Assembly (NCBI GenBank): GCA_017443175.1
Contig: JAFSOZ010000005.1
Span: 801 to 64,800, forward strand
Reading direction: 5' to 3'
Source of the DNA: Bacteroidales bacterium
GTDB taxonomy: Bacteria; Bacteroidota; Bacteroidia; Bacteroidales; WCHB1-69
Length of the DNA stretch: 64,000 bases
The notes under the pieces were generated by a model. The model did not search any database and was not told the origin of the DNA. It worked only from the letters and a program-made list of their open reading frames with translations. This document shows, piece after piece, positions 46,901-57,614 of the stretch (position 1 is its first letter; each line of letters starts with the position of its first letter). Both the position numbers and the translations under genes were made by a program.

Positions 46901-48949
46901 CTATTTCACCGTACTTCCCTCTTTCACGGGCTTTTGCGGCTGCATGAGGCTGAGGCTGCCGTCGGCGTTTTCGGCCATGAGCACCATGCCGTGCGAATCC
47001 ACGCCCTTGATGTTCTTCGGGGCGAGATTGATGAGCATCAGCACCTGCTTGCCGATGAGATCCTGCGGCTCGTAGAACTCGGCAATGCCGGACACGATCT
47101 CGCGCACGTCCACGCCAGTGTTTACCTTCAGCTTCAGGAGTTTCTTGGTCTTGGCCACTTTTTCAGCTTCCAAGACAGTAACTACGCGCAAGTCCATTTT
47201 CTGGAAATCGTCGAAAGAGACATCCTCTTTGGCGGGGGTGGCTTCGGCGGTGGCTATCTCGTTGGCTTTTTTTGTGTCTTCCAATTTCTGCACCTGACGG
47301 GCGATGGTCTCATCGTCAATCTTCTCGAACAGGTATTCGGCGGGGTTGAGCTGGCTGCCGGCGGGCAGCAGGTCGGCACGACCGCCATCCTGCCAATTCT
47401 TGTTGTCAATATTCAGAATATGCTGCAGTTTCTTGGCGGTGAAGGGCAGGAATGGCTCGCACAACACGGAGAGAGACGCGCAGATTTGCAGGGAGAGATG
47501 CAGAATCGTCTTCACAGCCTCCGGATCTTCTTTCTGTTTCTTCCACGGCTCGGTGTCGGTGAGATACTTGTTGCCGATGCGGGCCAGGTTCATGAACTCT
47601 TGCAAGGCCTCGCGGAAGCGATAGTGCTCGATAGATTCGCCGATAATCTTTGGAAATTCGGCCATTTTGGCCACAATCTCTTTCTCGTAGTCGGAATATT
47701 CGCCGTGCTCAGGCACGATACCGCCGTAGTATTTGTGCGTCAGCACCACAGTGCGGTTCACGAAATTGCCGAAAATGGCCAGTAGCTCGTTGTTGTTGCG
47801 TGCCTGAAAATCGGCCCAAGTGAAATCGGCATCCTTGGTTTCTGGCGCGATGGCGGTCAAGGTGTAGCGCAGCACATCCTGCTTGCCGGGGAAATCCTCC
47901 ACATATTCGTGTGCCCATACGGCCCAGTTGCGGGAGGTGGAAATCTTGTCGCCCTCGAGGTTCAGGAACTCGTTGGCGGGCACGTTGTCGGGCAGGATAT
48001 AGGAGCCGTCGGCTTTCAACATGCAGGGGAAGATAATGCAATGGAACACGATATTGTCCTTGCCGATGAAGTGCACCAGTTTGGAATCCTCGTTCTTCCA
48101 CCATTTCTCCCACTCTGTGTTGTGAGCGGCGGCCCACTCCTTGGTGGCGGAGATGTAGCCGATGGGTGCGTCGAACCAGACGTAGAGCACTTTGCCGTCG
48201 GCATCAGCCAACGGAACCTTCACGCCCCAGTTGAGGTCGCGGGTGACGGCGCGGGGTTGCAGACCCTGGTCAATCCACGACTTGCACTGGCCATAGACGG
48301 TGGGACGCCAGTCGTCCTTGTGCCCTTTCAGAATCCACTCGCGCAGCCACGGATCGTACTGGTCCAGCGGCAGGTACCAATGTTTGGTCTCCTTGAGCAC
48401 GGGGGTGTTGCCGCTGAGCGCCGAGCGGGGGTTGATGAGGTCGGTGGCGTTAAGCGACGTGCCACACACTTCGCACTGGTCGCCGTAGGCGTGCTCGTTC
48501 TTGCAGTGCGGGCACGTGCCGGTGATGTAGCGGTCGGCGAGAAACTGTTTGGCCTCCTCATCGTAATACTGCATGGAGGTCTTCTCAATGAGCTTGCCCT
48601 CGTCGTATAATTTTTTGAAATAGGCCGCAGCAGTCTCGTGGTGCGTGGGATTGGAGGTACGCGAATAGATGTCGAACGAGATGCCGAGGTCTTCGAAAGA
48701 TTTCTTGATGATGTTATGATAGCGGTCCACGATGTCCTGCGGGGTCACGCCTTCCTTGCGGGCCTTGATGGTGATGGGCACGCCGTGCTCATCGGAGCCT
48801 CCGATGAAGAGCACCTCCTTGCCGTTGTTGCGCAGGTAGCGCGCGTAGATGTCGGCAGGAATGTAAACGCCGGCAAGGTGGCCGATATGGACCGGTCCGT
48901 TGGCGTAAGGAAGAGCAGAAGTGATCGTGTAACGGGCTATGTTTTTCAT
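46901..48949 (-). CDS. metG: Methionine--tRNA ligase
   Basis: PYANG, HIGH, KISTS, C-terminal tRNA-binding domain. Confidence 0.98.
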   Translation of the reverse strand: MKNIARYTITSALPYANGPVHIGHLAGVYIPADIYARYLRNNGKEVLFIGGSDEHGVPITIKARKEGVTPQDIVDRYHNIIKKSFEDLGISFDIYSRTSNPTHHETAAAYFKKLYDEGKLIEKTSMQYYDEEAKQFLADRYITGTCPHCKNEHAYGDQCEVCGTSLNATDLINPRSALSGNTPVLKETKHWYLPLDQYDPWLREWILKGHKDDWRPTVYGQCKSWIDQGLQPRAVTRDLNWGVKVPLADADGKVLYVWFDAPIGYISATKEWAAAHNTEWEKWWKNEDSKLVHFIGKDNIVFHCIIFPCMLKADGSYILPDNVPANEFLNLEGDKISTSRNWAVWAHEYVEDFPGKQDVLRYTLTAIAPETKDADFTWADFQARNNNELLAIFGNFVNRTVVLTHKYYGGIVPEHGEYSDYEKEIVAKMAEFPKIIGESIEHYRFREALQEFMNLARIGNKYLTDTEPWKKQKEDPEAVKTILHLSLQICASLSVLCEPFLPFTAKKLQHILNIDNKNWQDGGRADLLPAGSQLNPAEYLFEKIDDETIARQVQKLEDTKKANEIATAEATPAKEDVSFDDFQKMDLRVVTVLEAEKVAKTKKLLKLKVNTGVDVREIVSGIAEFYEPQDLIGKQVLMLINLAPKNIKGVDSHGMVLMAENADGSLSLMQPQKPVKEGSTVK

Positions 48950-49120
48950 ACTTCAATGTTTTATATCGAACAATGGTTAGATTTGAGGTGCAAAAATAGC
49001 AAAAATAATCGAAGGTCTGAATGGAAACGGTCAGAATCGAAAATCCTCTGGCAAAAGCCTAAAAAAGTGTATTTTTGCCGCTGGAAATACCAGACATTCT
49101 TCAGCAAATTATCACATACG

Positions 49121-49900
49121 ATGCGATACTTTCTCCATTTGGCATACAACGGCGCTTCTTATTTCGGTTGGCAGGTCCAACCCGACCATCCGTCGGTGCA
49201 GGAGACTTTGGAGAAATGTCTCTCCCTTCTGCTGCATCAGAAGCGGATTCCCATCACAGGTTGCGGACGCACCGATACGGGTGTGCACGCGTCCTGCTAC
49301 TACGCCCACTTTGATGTCGATCAGCACTATGACAGGAAGGCCTGCGAGCGAATCAAGGACCAACTCAACAATTTTCTGCCCAAGGACATTGTCATATACC
49401 GTTTGTTTGCGGTGAAGGAGACGGCCCACGCCCGCTTTGATGCCGAAAGCCGCACCTATCAATACTTTATATCTACGGTGAAAAATCCGTTCACCTATTC
49501 GCAACGCCTGTTTTTCCATCGTCAGCTGGATGTGGATTTGATGAATCAGGCAGCGGAGTTATTGAAAAAAAACGAGGACTTTACCAGTTTTTCCAAAGTG
49601 CATACCCAAGTGAATAATTTTATCTGCCATGTGTCCGAGGCTTTTTGGGAGAAAAAGGGAGATGATTTGGTGTTTACAATAACGGCCAACCGCTTTTTGC
49701 GCAACATGGTGCGGGCTATCGTGGGCACTCTGCTGGAAGTAGGGTTGGGAAGAATGTCTTTACAGGATTTCCAAAAGGTTTTGGATCGGAAAGACCGGTG
49801 CGAGGCCGGCACTTCTGTTCCAGCCCACGCACTATTTTTGACAGATGTTCGTTATAACGAACGCGAAATTTTAGAAAATGATGATGAAATTGAAAAATAA
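49121..49900 (+). CDS. truA: tRNA pseudouridine(38-40) synthase
   Basis: GWQVQ, GRTDTGVHA, FLRNMVR. Confidence 0.96.
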   Translation: MRYFLHLAYNGASYFGWQVQPDHPSVQETLEKCLSLLLHQKRIPITGCGRTDTGVHASCYYAHFDVDQHYDRKACERIKDQLNNFLPKDIVIYRLFAVKETAHARFDAESRTYQYFISTVKNPFTYSQRLFFHRQLDVDLMNQAAELLKKNEDFTSFSKVHTQVNNFICHVSEAFWEKKGDDLVFTITANRFLRNMVRAIVGTLLEVGLGRMSLQDFQKVLDRKDRCEAGTSVPAHALFLTDVRYNEREILENDDEIEK

Positions 49901-51335
49901 CTGGATACTCACACTTTTAATCATTCCTCTTCTGGTGGGTGCGCTGACGTTCAGCGGATGCCACCGGGGGCAATATGACGAGAGTGTGAAATTGGTGTTT
50001 TCTACCGATACTCTGATGTTCGATACGCTTTTCACCACCGTATCCTCCATCACCCGCAGTTTCACGGTCTATAATCCCAGTCCGGATCCTGTCAAATTGG
50101 ATGTGTATCTGGCTGGCGGCGACCAGTCCTATTACAGCATCAATGTGGACGGTGTGGCGGGCAAGGAGTTCCACGATGTGGAGATTCCTGCCAAGGACAG
50201 TATTTTCGTGTTCGTCAAGGTCACTATCAACCCTACTAATCAGAATAATCCTTATTTGGTCACCGATTCGGTGCTGTTTTACAACACACAACGCAAACAG
50301 TCGGTGCAGCTGGTAGCCTTCGGGCAGGATGCTCACTTCATTGTGCCCGACCATTTAGGCTCCGCCATGTCTTACAATATCGTGGCGCATGAGCATGAAG
50401 ATGTGCACTGGACCAACGACAAGCCTTGGGTGATTTACGGTTGGGCAGTGGTTGACTCTTTGGGCAAGCTCACCATTGACCCGGGTACGAAAGTCTATAT
50501 TCACCATGGCGGCGGAATCTGGGTATATCGCTATGGCAACATCCACGTGAATGGCACGTATGATGATCCTGTGCTGTTTGCCGGCGACCGCCGCGAGTCG
50601 TTCTATGCCACCGACTATGAGCAATGGAACCGGATTCTCATCAATGAAGGTACGCATGACAACATCATCAACAATGCCATTATCACCAATTCGGCCACGG
50701 GCGTGGAGGTGTCGTCGCTTATGGAATATCTGGGCAACAAGACAATTATCAACAACACGGTCATCCAAAACAACAAATACTACGGTTTGGTGGCGCAGGG
50801 TGCCGATGTGGAACTGAACAACTGCCAGATCAGCAACACCGGCAGCTATAGCGTTATACTGCAGGCAGGCGATTTCACACTGAACCACGTGACCATCGCC
50901 GACTATTTCTCCCAGTCGGCGCGCAAGGAACCGGCATTGGCCGTCAGCAATTACTATGACAAAAACGATACCCGTTATTTGGGCAACACCAATTTGGTGT
51001 GCAACAACTCTATTATCTATGGTAATCTTGCAGAAGATGAATTTGTTGCGGCAGCGTACGAAGGCGTGGATTTAAATTACCAGTTTAACCATTGCTTGAT
51101 TAAGAAAGAGACTTTGGATAATCACTTCACGAATTGCATCCATCTGAAAGACCCGGAGTTTGTGGCCAATTACAGTCAGAACTATAACCTGAAGGAGACT
51201 TCGCCGGCCATTGATGCGGGAATGACGGGTTTGGGCATTTCGACGGATATCTTGGGGCGCCTGCGCAACGGCAATCCTGATATCGGAGCATACGAGTATT
51301 ATCCTGCTGCTGAGGAGAAAAGGATGCGCCGGTAG
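49878..51335 (+). CDS. Lipoprotein with Ig-like and right-handed beta-helix domains
   Basis: FSGC lipobox, FSTDTLMFDT, Asn-rich repeats, SPAIDAG..DIGAYE. Confidence 0.8.
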   Translation: MMMKLKNNWILTLLIIPLLVGALTFSGCHRGQYDESVKLVFSTDTLMFDTLFTTVSSITRSFTVYNPSPDPVKLDVYLAGGDQSYYSINVDGVAGKEFHDVEIPAKDSIFVFVKVTINPTNQNNPYLVTDSVLFYNTQRKQSVQLVAFGQDAHFIVPDHLGSAMSYNIVAHEHEDVHWTNDKPWVIYGWAVVDSLGKLTIDPGTKVYIHHGGGIWVYRYGNIHVNGTYDDPVLFAGDRRESFYATDYEQWNRILINEGTHDNIINNAIITNSATGVEVSSLMEYLGNKTIINNTVIQNNKYYGLVAQGADVELNNCQISNTGSYSVILQAGDFTLNHVTIADYFSQSARKEPALAVSNYYDKNDTRYLGNTNLVCNNSIIYGNLAEDEFVAAAYEGVDLNYQFNHCLIKKETLDNHFTNCIHLKDPEFVANYSQNYNLKETSPAIDAGMTGLGISTDILGRLRNGNPDIGAYEYYPAAEEKRMRR

Positions 51336-51337
51336 TT

Positions 51338-51895
51338 TCAGAATCCTAACAGAATTTTCACACCAAGGGCGACAAGCACGAGTCCGCCGATGATTTCGGC
51401 AATGTTGGCCTTGACCAGCTTATGCAGATGCCGGGTCAAGTAATAGCCTATGAGCGAGACGATGAAGGAAACGATGCCGATGAGGAAGAGGGCCAATCCT
51501 ATGCGCACGTCTTGCATCATGGAAAAACCAAAACCTACGGCTAATGCGTCAATGCTGGTGGCAACGGAAAGCAACAATACCGTGCCGATGCGGGTCATGT
51601 CGATTTTGGAATCATCATCATTGTTGCGGATTCCCTCTATAATCATCTTGCCGCCGATGAAAGCCAAGATGCCGAAGGCTATCCAGTTGGTGAAACGGCT
51701 CAGATAGCCGACCACAATCTCGCCGCCCAACCAACCCAAGAGGGGCATGAGGGCTTGGAAGAATCCGAAACTGAAGGCAAACGCCAGAATATTCTTTGTC
51801 TTCAGATTAGGTTGCAATGCTCCGGCAGAGCAACTTACGGCAAAGCAATCCATGGCTAAACTCAACGCTAATAGGAAAAGAGAGAAAAACCCCAT
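51338..51895 (-). CDS. mntP: Manganese efflux pump MntP family
   Basis: LAMDCFAVS, FQALMP, ATSIDALAVG. Confidence 0.92.
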   Translation of the reverse strand: MGFFSLFLLALSLAMDCFAVSCSAGALQPNLKTKNILAFAFSFGFFQALMPLLGWLGGEIVVGYLSRFTNWIAFGILAFIGGKMIIEGIRNNDDDSKIDMTRIGTVLLLSVATSIDALAVGFGFSMMQDVRIGLALFLIGIVSFIVSLIGYYLTRHLHKLVKANIAEIIGGLVLVALGVKILLGF

Positions 51896-51982
51896 GTTTA
51901 TTATTTTTTTGAGGCGGCAAAAATAACAAAATCAATGGTTTTTTAATAAAATAAAACCACTTGTTATGCGTTTCATAGTGTT

Positions 51983-52708
51983 ATGTATTTGGTAATAGAT
52001 ATTGGAAACACAGCGCAAAAGCTGGCCGTCTATGACGAGGCGGGCCGGCAGGTTGCACTTGTCCGGCAGCCTGAGTTGGATGTTTGCACATTAGAGGATA
52101 TCTTCGGACAGTATAATCTTCGGGCAGCCTTGTTGTCCTCCGTGGGGAAAGTGAATCCTGACGTGGTGGCTTGGTTGGAGCGGAATACCCGGTTGGTGAA
52201 TTTCTCCCCCGCGCTGCGCCTGCCCATCCGGCTGAACTACGACACCGTCGGCACGTTGGGCACCGACAGGGTTGCCGGTGCTGTCGGCGCAAATGCGCTC
52301 TTCCCCGCCTGCCCCGCCCTGGCAATCCAGGCAGGCACGTGCCTCGTGACTGACTTTGTGGACGAGCAGGGCACCTATCAGGGCGGCTCGATTGCCCCGG
52401 GCTTGTGCATGCGCTTCCAGGCACTGCACGACCATACGGCGCACCTGCCCCTGCTGGATCCTCAACATCCGGATTCCTACACGGGGAAATCTACCCAGGA
52501 ATCCATCCTGTCGGGCGTGATTTATGGTATGGCTTGCGAAATTGACGGCATTATTGGCCATTATCAAGCCCTTTATCCAAACATTCACATTATTTTAACG
52601 GGCGGGGATGCTGACTTTCTGAAAGATTACATAAAAAATCGTATATTTGCCGCCCCTAATTTGGTTTTAGAGGGATTGTATAAAATTCTAAAGTGTAATG
52701 TCGAATAG
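51983..52708 (+). CDS. coaX: Type III pantothenate kinase
   Basis: IDIGNT, LGTDR, GGSIAPG, TGGD. Confidence 0.94.
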   Translation: MYLVIDIGNTAQKLAVYDEAGRQVALVRQPELDVCTLEDIFGQYNLRAALLSSVGKVNPDVVAWLERNTRLVNFSPALRLPIRLNYDTVGTLGTDRVAGAVGANALFPACPALAIQAGTCLVTDFVDEQGTYQGGSIAPGLCMRFQALHDHTAHLPLLDPQHPDSYTGKSTQESILSGVIYGMACEIDGIIGHYQALYPNIHIILTGGDADFLKDYIKNRIFAAPNLVLEGLYKILKCNVE

Positions 52709-53978
52709 GAATCTCAACAGGATTGTCTTTTTATGGGTGATTATCCTGGGAACGTTCGGTTCTCAGGCCCAGAATGAGATTAGCAACCCATACTCTGCAT
52801 TCGGCATTGGCATAGTCAACAAGTACTCAAATGGCATTTTGGACGGAATGGGCAGCACCTCTTACGCCATACAGAATCCTTATTACATTAATTTCCGAAA
52901 CCCAGCTTCCTATGCGGCTTTTGACTCTTTGTCGTTCGTGGCGGATGCTGCGGCTTCGATTTATGTATCTACACTCGCTTCCGGAGATATGGTGCAGAAA
53001 AACTCTTACGCCCGCCCAGGATATATCACTATCGGGCTTCCGGTTACCCGCCATTGGCGTACCAGCGTAGGGGTTGTCCCCTATAGTTCAGTGGGATATG
53101 ACGTTGAAAACACAGGAACCTTCGAGAATGTGGGAGATGTCTCGTATGCTTATTCTGCCAAAGGAGGCCTCAACCAGCTGTATTGGGGCAACGCTTTTAA
53201 AATCTGCAAAGGCTTGTCCATCGGCTTGAACGCTTCCTACATGTTCGGCACAGTGTACTACGTCCGAAACACATCTTTCGACGGTTCCAACTTCTATAAT
53301 TCCTACATCAACGCTTCCTATCATCTGGATGGCATCCATCTTACTGGCGGTTTGCAGTACATGTTCAATGTCAAGGAAAACCACAAGATAGGATTGGGCG
53401 TGGTGTATGGCAATACCGCTTACATTTGGGCGAAGGAGAAGTTGCTGATTAGCTATTATCAAGGCACATACAGTCTTGTAACTACTTACGACACCGTATA
53501 TTACAACGACAATACGCGCGGTAATCTCTACATCCCGCAATCTGTGGGTGGTGGTGTGAGCTACACGTTTAAGGACAAGTTTACAGTGGCTGCCGATGTC
53601 ACTTGGAACAACTGGGCCAAATACAAGTCATTCGGGCAGAGCGATTCCTTGCAGAATGCCATCACGGCTTCCGTCGGAGCCCAGTTTATCCCCGACCCGA
53701 CATCCAACAAGTTTGTGAAGAGAATGAACTTCCGTGTGGGTGCCCGCTATTCCACCGGGGATTTGTTGCTGCACTCTAAACCTATCGACGAATTCGGGGT
53801 CTCTTTGGGCATTGGCATTCCACTGAGTTCTTTCAATACACACTCCTCTATCAATGTAGTCTTTGAATACGGAAAATTAGGGACGATTCTTAACAATCTT
53901 GTCAGACAAAACTATTTCAGATTCACCATTAACTTCACCTTGCAGGAGAAATGGTATCAACGAATGAAACTTGAATAA
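52698..53978 (+). CDS. Outer-membrane protein (OmpP1/FadL-like)
   Basis: PYSAFGIG, NPASY, beta-strands, EKWY end; typical coaX-OMP-TPR-lptC order. Confidence 0.75.
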   Translation: MSNRNLNRIVFLWVIILGTFGSQAQNEISNPYSAFGIGIVNKYSNGILDGMGSTSYAIQNPYYINFRNPASYAAFDSLSFVADAAASIYVSTLASGDMVQKNSYARPGYITIGLPVTRHWRTSVGVVPYSSVGYDVENTGTFENVGDVSYAYSAKGGLNQLYWGNAFKICKGLSIGLNASYMFGTVYYVRNTSFDGSNFYNSYINASYHLDGIHLTGGLQYMFNVKENHKIGLGVVYGNTAYIWAKEKLLISYYQGTYSLVTTYDTVYYNDNTRGNLYIPQSVGGGVSYTFKDKFTVAADVTWNNWAKYKSFGQSDSLQNAITASVGAQFIPDPTSNKFVKRMNFRVGARYSTGDLLLHSKPIDEFGVSLGIGIPLSSFNTHSSINVVFEYGKLGTILNNLVRQNYFRFTINFTLQEKWYQRMKLE

Positions 53979-54014
53979 AAATAAGATAATTAACTCTTTA
54001 AAACAATAAAGGAA

Positions 54015-55484
54015 ATGAAAAAGTTATTCATCGCAACACTTTTACTGTTATCTGGTTCCTTCCTTTTTGCCCAGAACAGCAACTGTCCGTTCAAATACGG
54101 CGCAACCGAAGAAGACTCTCTGAAAAGCTTGGAGCAAATCACCAATTTCAACATGTTTTACAAAAGCAAGAACTATGTCGATGCATACGAAGCATGGCGT
54201 TATCTTGTGGCCAACAGCCCCTGCTGCTGGGACGGCATCTACACCAATGCCCAAAACCTGTTCGGTGCCTTGATCAAAGCTGAAAAAGATTCTTTGAGAA
54301 GAGAACACCTGATTGATACTCTCATCTATTCGTATGAGGTCCGCAATCTCTATTTTCCTGAGAAGTTCAGCAAGGGTTATTGCTTGGGTTTCAAAGCGTA
54401 TAACACTATGCAGTATCGTGTGAAATCCATGGACTTTGATCAGATCAAGGAACTGGAAAATTTGTTCATCCAATCTGTTGAATTAGAGAAAGAGAAAACA
54501 CAACCTGCTATTTGGGATAAGTATTTCCAACTCTCTGAAGGTATTACCAAGGCCAGCAAGGACACCAGCGTCGTGATTGAGGCCTACGGTCGTGCCACCG
54601 ACTATCTGGATATCTCCATCAACAACTCCCAGGTTCAATATGAAAAACAAGTGGCTGTGATGGACAGCTTGTATGAAGTGTACAAGCAAGGCACGATTGA
54701 CACCAACTATTTCGTTGAGCTTTGCAAAAAACCCGCCGCGGATACTGCCCGTCAGATGAAGTTGATTGTCAACTACCGTAAAACTCTCGCCAAAATTGAA
54801 AAAGCTGTGGCTCCGTACGCATCTTGCGAAGTGTTGGAAGAACTCTATTCCGAGAAGTTGGCCAACAACAAGGAGGATTTGTCCGCTATCAACAAGATGG
54901 TCATGACTATGGCAAAGGGCGGCTGTGTCAAAAGTCCTATTTTCAAAGACGCTTTGGAAATCCTGCATAAAGCCAACCCGAACCGTAACTCCGCATACTG
55001 GATGGGTAACCTCTCTTTGAATAGCTTTGGTTCCACAAAGGACAATGCAGAAATTGATCGCGCTATCAACTACTTCAACGAAGCTGTTACCTTGAGTGAA
55101 ACCAACGAGCAGAAAGCCGATGCCAATTTCATGTTGGCCAACGCTTACTACATCAAAGGTTCATACTCTGAGGCTCGTTCTGCCGCTTACGCTGCCCTGA
55201 AATTCCAGCCGAACATGGGTAAAGCTTATATCCTGATTGGCGACCTCTATGCCAACTCTGTGGGCAGATGCTCTGGTGATGACATTCCATTGGCATGTGC
55301 CTGGGCTGCCGCCGACAAATATGCAAAAGCTGTTGCAGTGGATCCGAACTGCAAGGAAAATGCAGACAAACAACGCGCCAAACTCAGATTCCCCTCCAAA
55401 GAGGATCTGTTCAAACGCGGTTTGAGCTCCGGCTCTACCTACCATGTGGGCTGCTGGATTCAGGAAAACACTACAGTAAGATAA
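54015..55484 (+). CDS. Secreted TPR-repeat protein
   Basis: Signal peptide, TPR-like helices, GKAYILIGDLYA, WIQENT. Confidence 0.8.
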   Translation: MKKLFIATLLLLSGSFLFAQNSNCPFKYGATEEDSLKSLEQITNFNMFYKSKNYVDAYEAWRYLVANSPCCWDGIYTNAQNLFGALIKAEKDSLRREHLIDTLIYSYEVRNLYFPEKFSKGYCLGFKAYNTMQYRVKSMDFDQIKELENLFIQSVELEKEKTQPAIWDKYFQLSEGITKASKDTSVVIEAYGRATDYLDISINNSQVQYEKQVAVMDSLYEVYKQGTIDTNYFVELCKKPAADTARQMKLIVNYRKTLAKIEKAVAPYASCEVLEELYSEKLANNKEDLSAINKMVMTMAKGGCVKSPIFKDALEILHKANPNRNSAYWMGNLSLNSFGSTKDNAEIDRAINYFNEAVTLSETNEQKADANFMLANAYYIKGSYSEARSAAYAALKFQPNMGKAYILIGDLYANSVGRCSGDDIPLACAWAAADKYAKAVAVDPNCKENADKQRAKLRFPSKEDLFKRGLSSGSTYHVGCWIQENTTVR

Positions 55485-55499
55485 AATCCATCATCTTAC

Positions 55500-56063
55500 A
55501 TGTCTGTTACCAAGACATATATCGCAAAAAACATCATAATGGCCTTGTGCCTTATGATGTTTTTTGTTTCCTGTCATAAAAAAGACAAAGAGACGGGATT
55601 GTTGGAGTACAAGGGAAAATATCCTGACGAGTACGCGGAAAACATCCAACTTGTCGTTAGCGATTCCGGTGTGGTCAGTTTTATCGTCAAAGCGCCTATA
55701 TTCAACACCTATCGCACAGACTCCCTATACACAGATTACCCGGAAGGCATCACCGCCATATCCTATAACGAATACGGCCAGAAACAAGCTATGCTTACCG
55801 CCGACTATGCCTGCAATGTCAACAATACCAAGTACAGGGCATCCAAGAACGTGGTGATTATTGATCTCATCAAGCGGGATACGTTGGAGACGGAAGAGAT
55901 TATCTGGGACCAGCGCCGTAAAACCATCTATTCCAATGTGCTGGTCAAGCAGAAGAAGGCGGATGGCTCAGTCAATTATGGAGATGGTTTTGAGGCGGAC
56001 GAGCGATTCACCCGATATACCATCATCCATCCGCACGGGGAGATGGCAGGATTGGATTTCTAA
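55500..56063 (+). CDS. lptC: LPS export protein LptC
   Basis: SDSG, YPEG, DTLETEEIIWD, GFEAD. Confidence 0.8.
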   Translation: MSVTKTYIAKNIIMALCLMMFFVSCHKKDKETGLLEYKGKYPDEYAENIQLVVSDSGVVSFIVKAPIFNTYRTDSLYTDYPEGITAISYNEYGQKQAMLTADYACNVNNTKYRASKNVVIIDLIKRDTLETEEIIWDQRRKTIYSNVLVKQKKADGSVNYGDGFEADERFTRYTIIHPHGEMAGLDF

Positions 56064-56659
56064 CAGAAATATTTTACTTCACCTGTTTTTTTCAGGGCTG
56101 TTACGATGCGTTCTGCCTCGCGCCGGCGCACAGAGAAGCGTATCGTACAGTTCAGGTCGCTCTGTTGGCTGATGATGGTGACGAAGGGGTCTTTCATCAG
56201 CTGCATCACATTGTTCATTTGCAGATACTCGAAGGTTACCTCGTAGGTTTCGTCAATGGTCTTTTCGATGATGTTGGCGGCATCCAAGGCTTCCTTGGCG
56301 GCTATTTTGTATGCGTTTTGCAATCCGCTGACCCCTAATTTGATACCTCCGAAATAGCGAACCACAATGACCAATGTGTTGGTGAGGTCTTTGGACATCA
56401 GTTGCCCGTGGATAGGGCGGCCTGCCGTGCCCGAAGGTTCGCCATTGTCGTTCATCCGGTATGCGTCTTTGTTGGGACCCAGAATGTAGGCATAGCAATG
56501 ATGGCGGGCATCGTTGTGCTTCTTCTGGATTTCGGTCAGCCGTTCTTTCACCTGCGCTTCCGTCTGCACAGGGAAGGCGTACGCCAGAAACTTGCTGCGT
56601 TTTTCGCTGTAACTGCCTGTGGCGGGTGCGGAGATTGTTTTATAGGTGTCTTCGAACAT
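56060..56659 (-). CDS. YigZ/IMPACT family protein
   Basis: EKRSKF, HHCYAY, DNGEPSGTAG, VRYFGGIKLG. Confidence 0.93.
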   Translation of the reverse strand: MFEDTYKTISAPATGSYSEKRSKFLAYAFPVQTEAQVKERLTEIQKKHNDARHHCYAYILGPNKDAYRMNDNGEPSGTAGRPIHGQLMSKDLTNTLVIVVRYFGGIKLGVSGLQNAYKIAAKEALDAANIIEKTIDETYEVTFEYLQMNNVMQLMKDPFVTIISQQSDLNCTIRFSVRRREAERIVTALKKTGEVKYFC

Positions 56660-57608
56660 AGAGGATATGATTGTCGTCAATGTGTTGTACTTGCTCCGGT
56701 GCGCAGGGTAGTGCGGGGGCTGGCGTGCCCTTGTCCCAACGCTGTGCCCCGACCAGTATGCGCGCCTCGTCCCACAACCCGGCGGTGATGAACTTGTCCA
56801 AAGTTTTCCGTCCGCCTTCCACAATCACCGATTGGATGCGCTGCTCGTGGAGCGTGTGCATGGCGGCGGATAAGTCGGTGGGCAACGGGTTGTAATATGT
56901 CTCATCGAGTTGGCTGTGTTCGCGGCATATCACATACCGTTTTGGACTTTTGCCCGGATAGAGTCTGTTGGTGAGTTGCGGCTTGTCGTTTATCATGGTA
57001 TTATAACCCACCAATATGGCGTCTTCTTCGCTTCTCCATTTGTGAACGATAACTTTAAGAGACGGGTTGGTGATCCAATAATCATGCGTGTCGGATGGGT
57101 TGGATCGGTCTATGTCCATGAATCCGTCGGCGGTCTGTGCCCATTTGAGAATGATATAGGGTCGTTGGTGTTGGTGGTAGGTGAAAAAGCGGCGGTTCAA
57201 CTCCCGGCATTCGGATTCACACACGTGCTGTATTACTTCAATGCCAGCCTCTTGCAACATACGAATCCCGTTGCCGTTCACTTTGTCGTGCGGGTCGGAG
57301 ATGCCGACAACCACTTTCGGGACACCGTAGCGGATGATGGCCTCGGCGCAGGGCGGTGTCTTGCCATAGTGAGAACAAGGCTCCAGCGAGACATACAGCG
57401 TGGATTCCTTCAATAAGGATTTGTCCTCTACAGAGTTGAACGCATTGACCTCCGCATGCGGCTGGCCGTATTGGTGGTGATAGCCTTCCCCGATAATCTG
57501 CCCATTATGCACAATCACCGCACCCACCATGGGGTTGGGCTGCACTTTGCCTAATCCCAAGCTTGCCAGTTGCAGGCACCGGCGCATGTACATCTCATCG
57601 TGGGTCAT
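56640..57608 (-). CDS. ribD: Riboflavin biosynthesis deaminase/reductase
   Basis: NPMVG, HAEV, LEPCSH..PPC, VEGG. Confidence 0.96.
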   Translation of the reverse strand: MTHDEMYMRRCLQLASLGLGKVQPNPMVGAVIVHNGQIIGEGYHHQYGQPHAEVNAFNSVEDKSLLKESTLYVSLEPCSHYGKTPPCAEAIIRYGVPKVVVGISDPHDKVNGNGIRMLQEAGIEVIQHVCESECRELNRRFFTYHQHQRPYIILKWAQTADGFMDIDRSNPSDTHDYWITNPSLKVIVHKWRSEEDAILVGYNTMINDKPQLTNRLYPGKSPKRYVICREHSQLDETYYNPLPTDLSAAMHTLHEQRIQSVIVEGGRKTLDKFITAGLWDEARILVGAQRWDKGTPAPALPCAPEQVQHIDDNHILYVRRHL

Positions 57609-57614
57609 ACGAGA

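Noticed and set aside
47470-47482. GAGAGACGC in metG and GCGTCTC near 57821 as REP copies
   Set aside because: Single short arms inside coding sequence with no partner arm.
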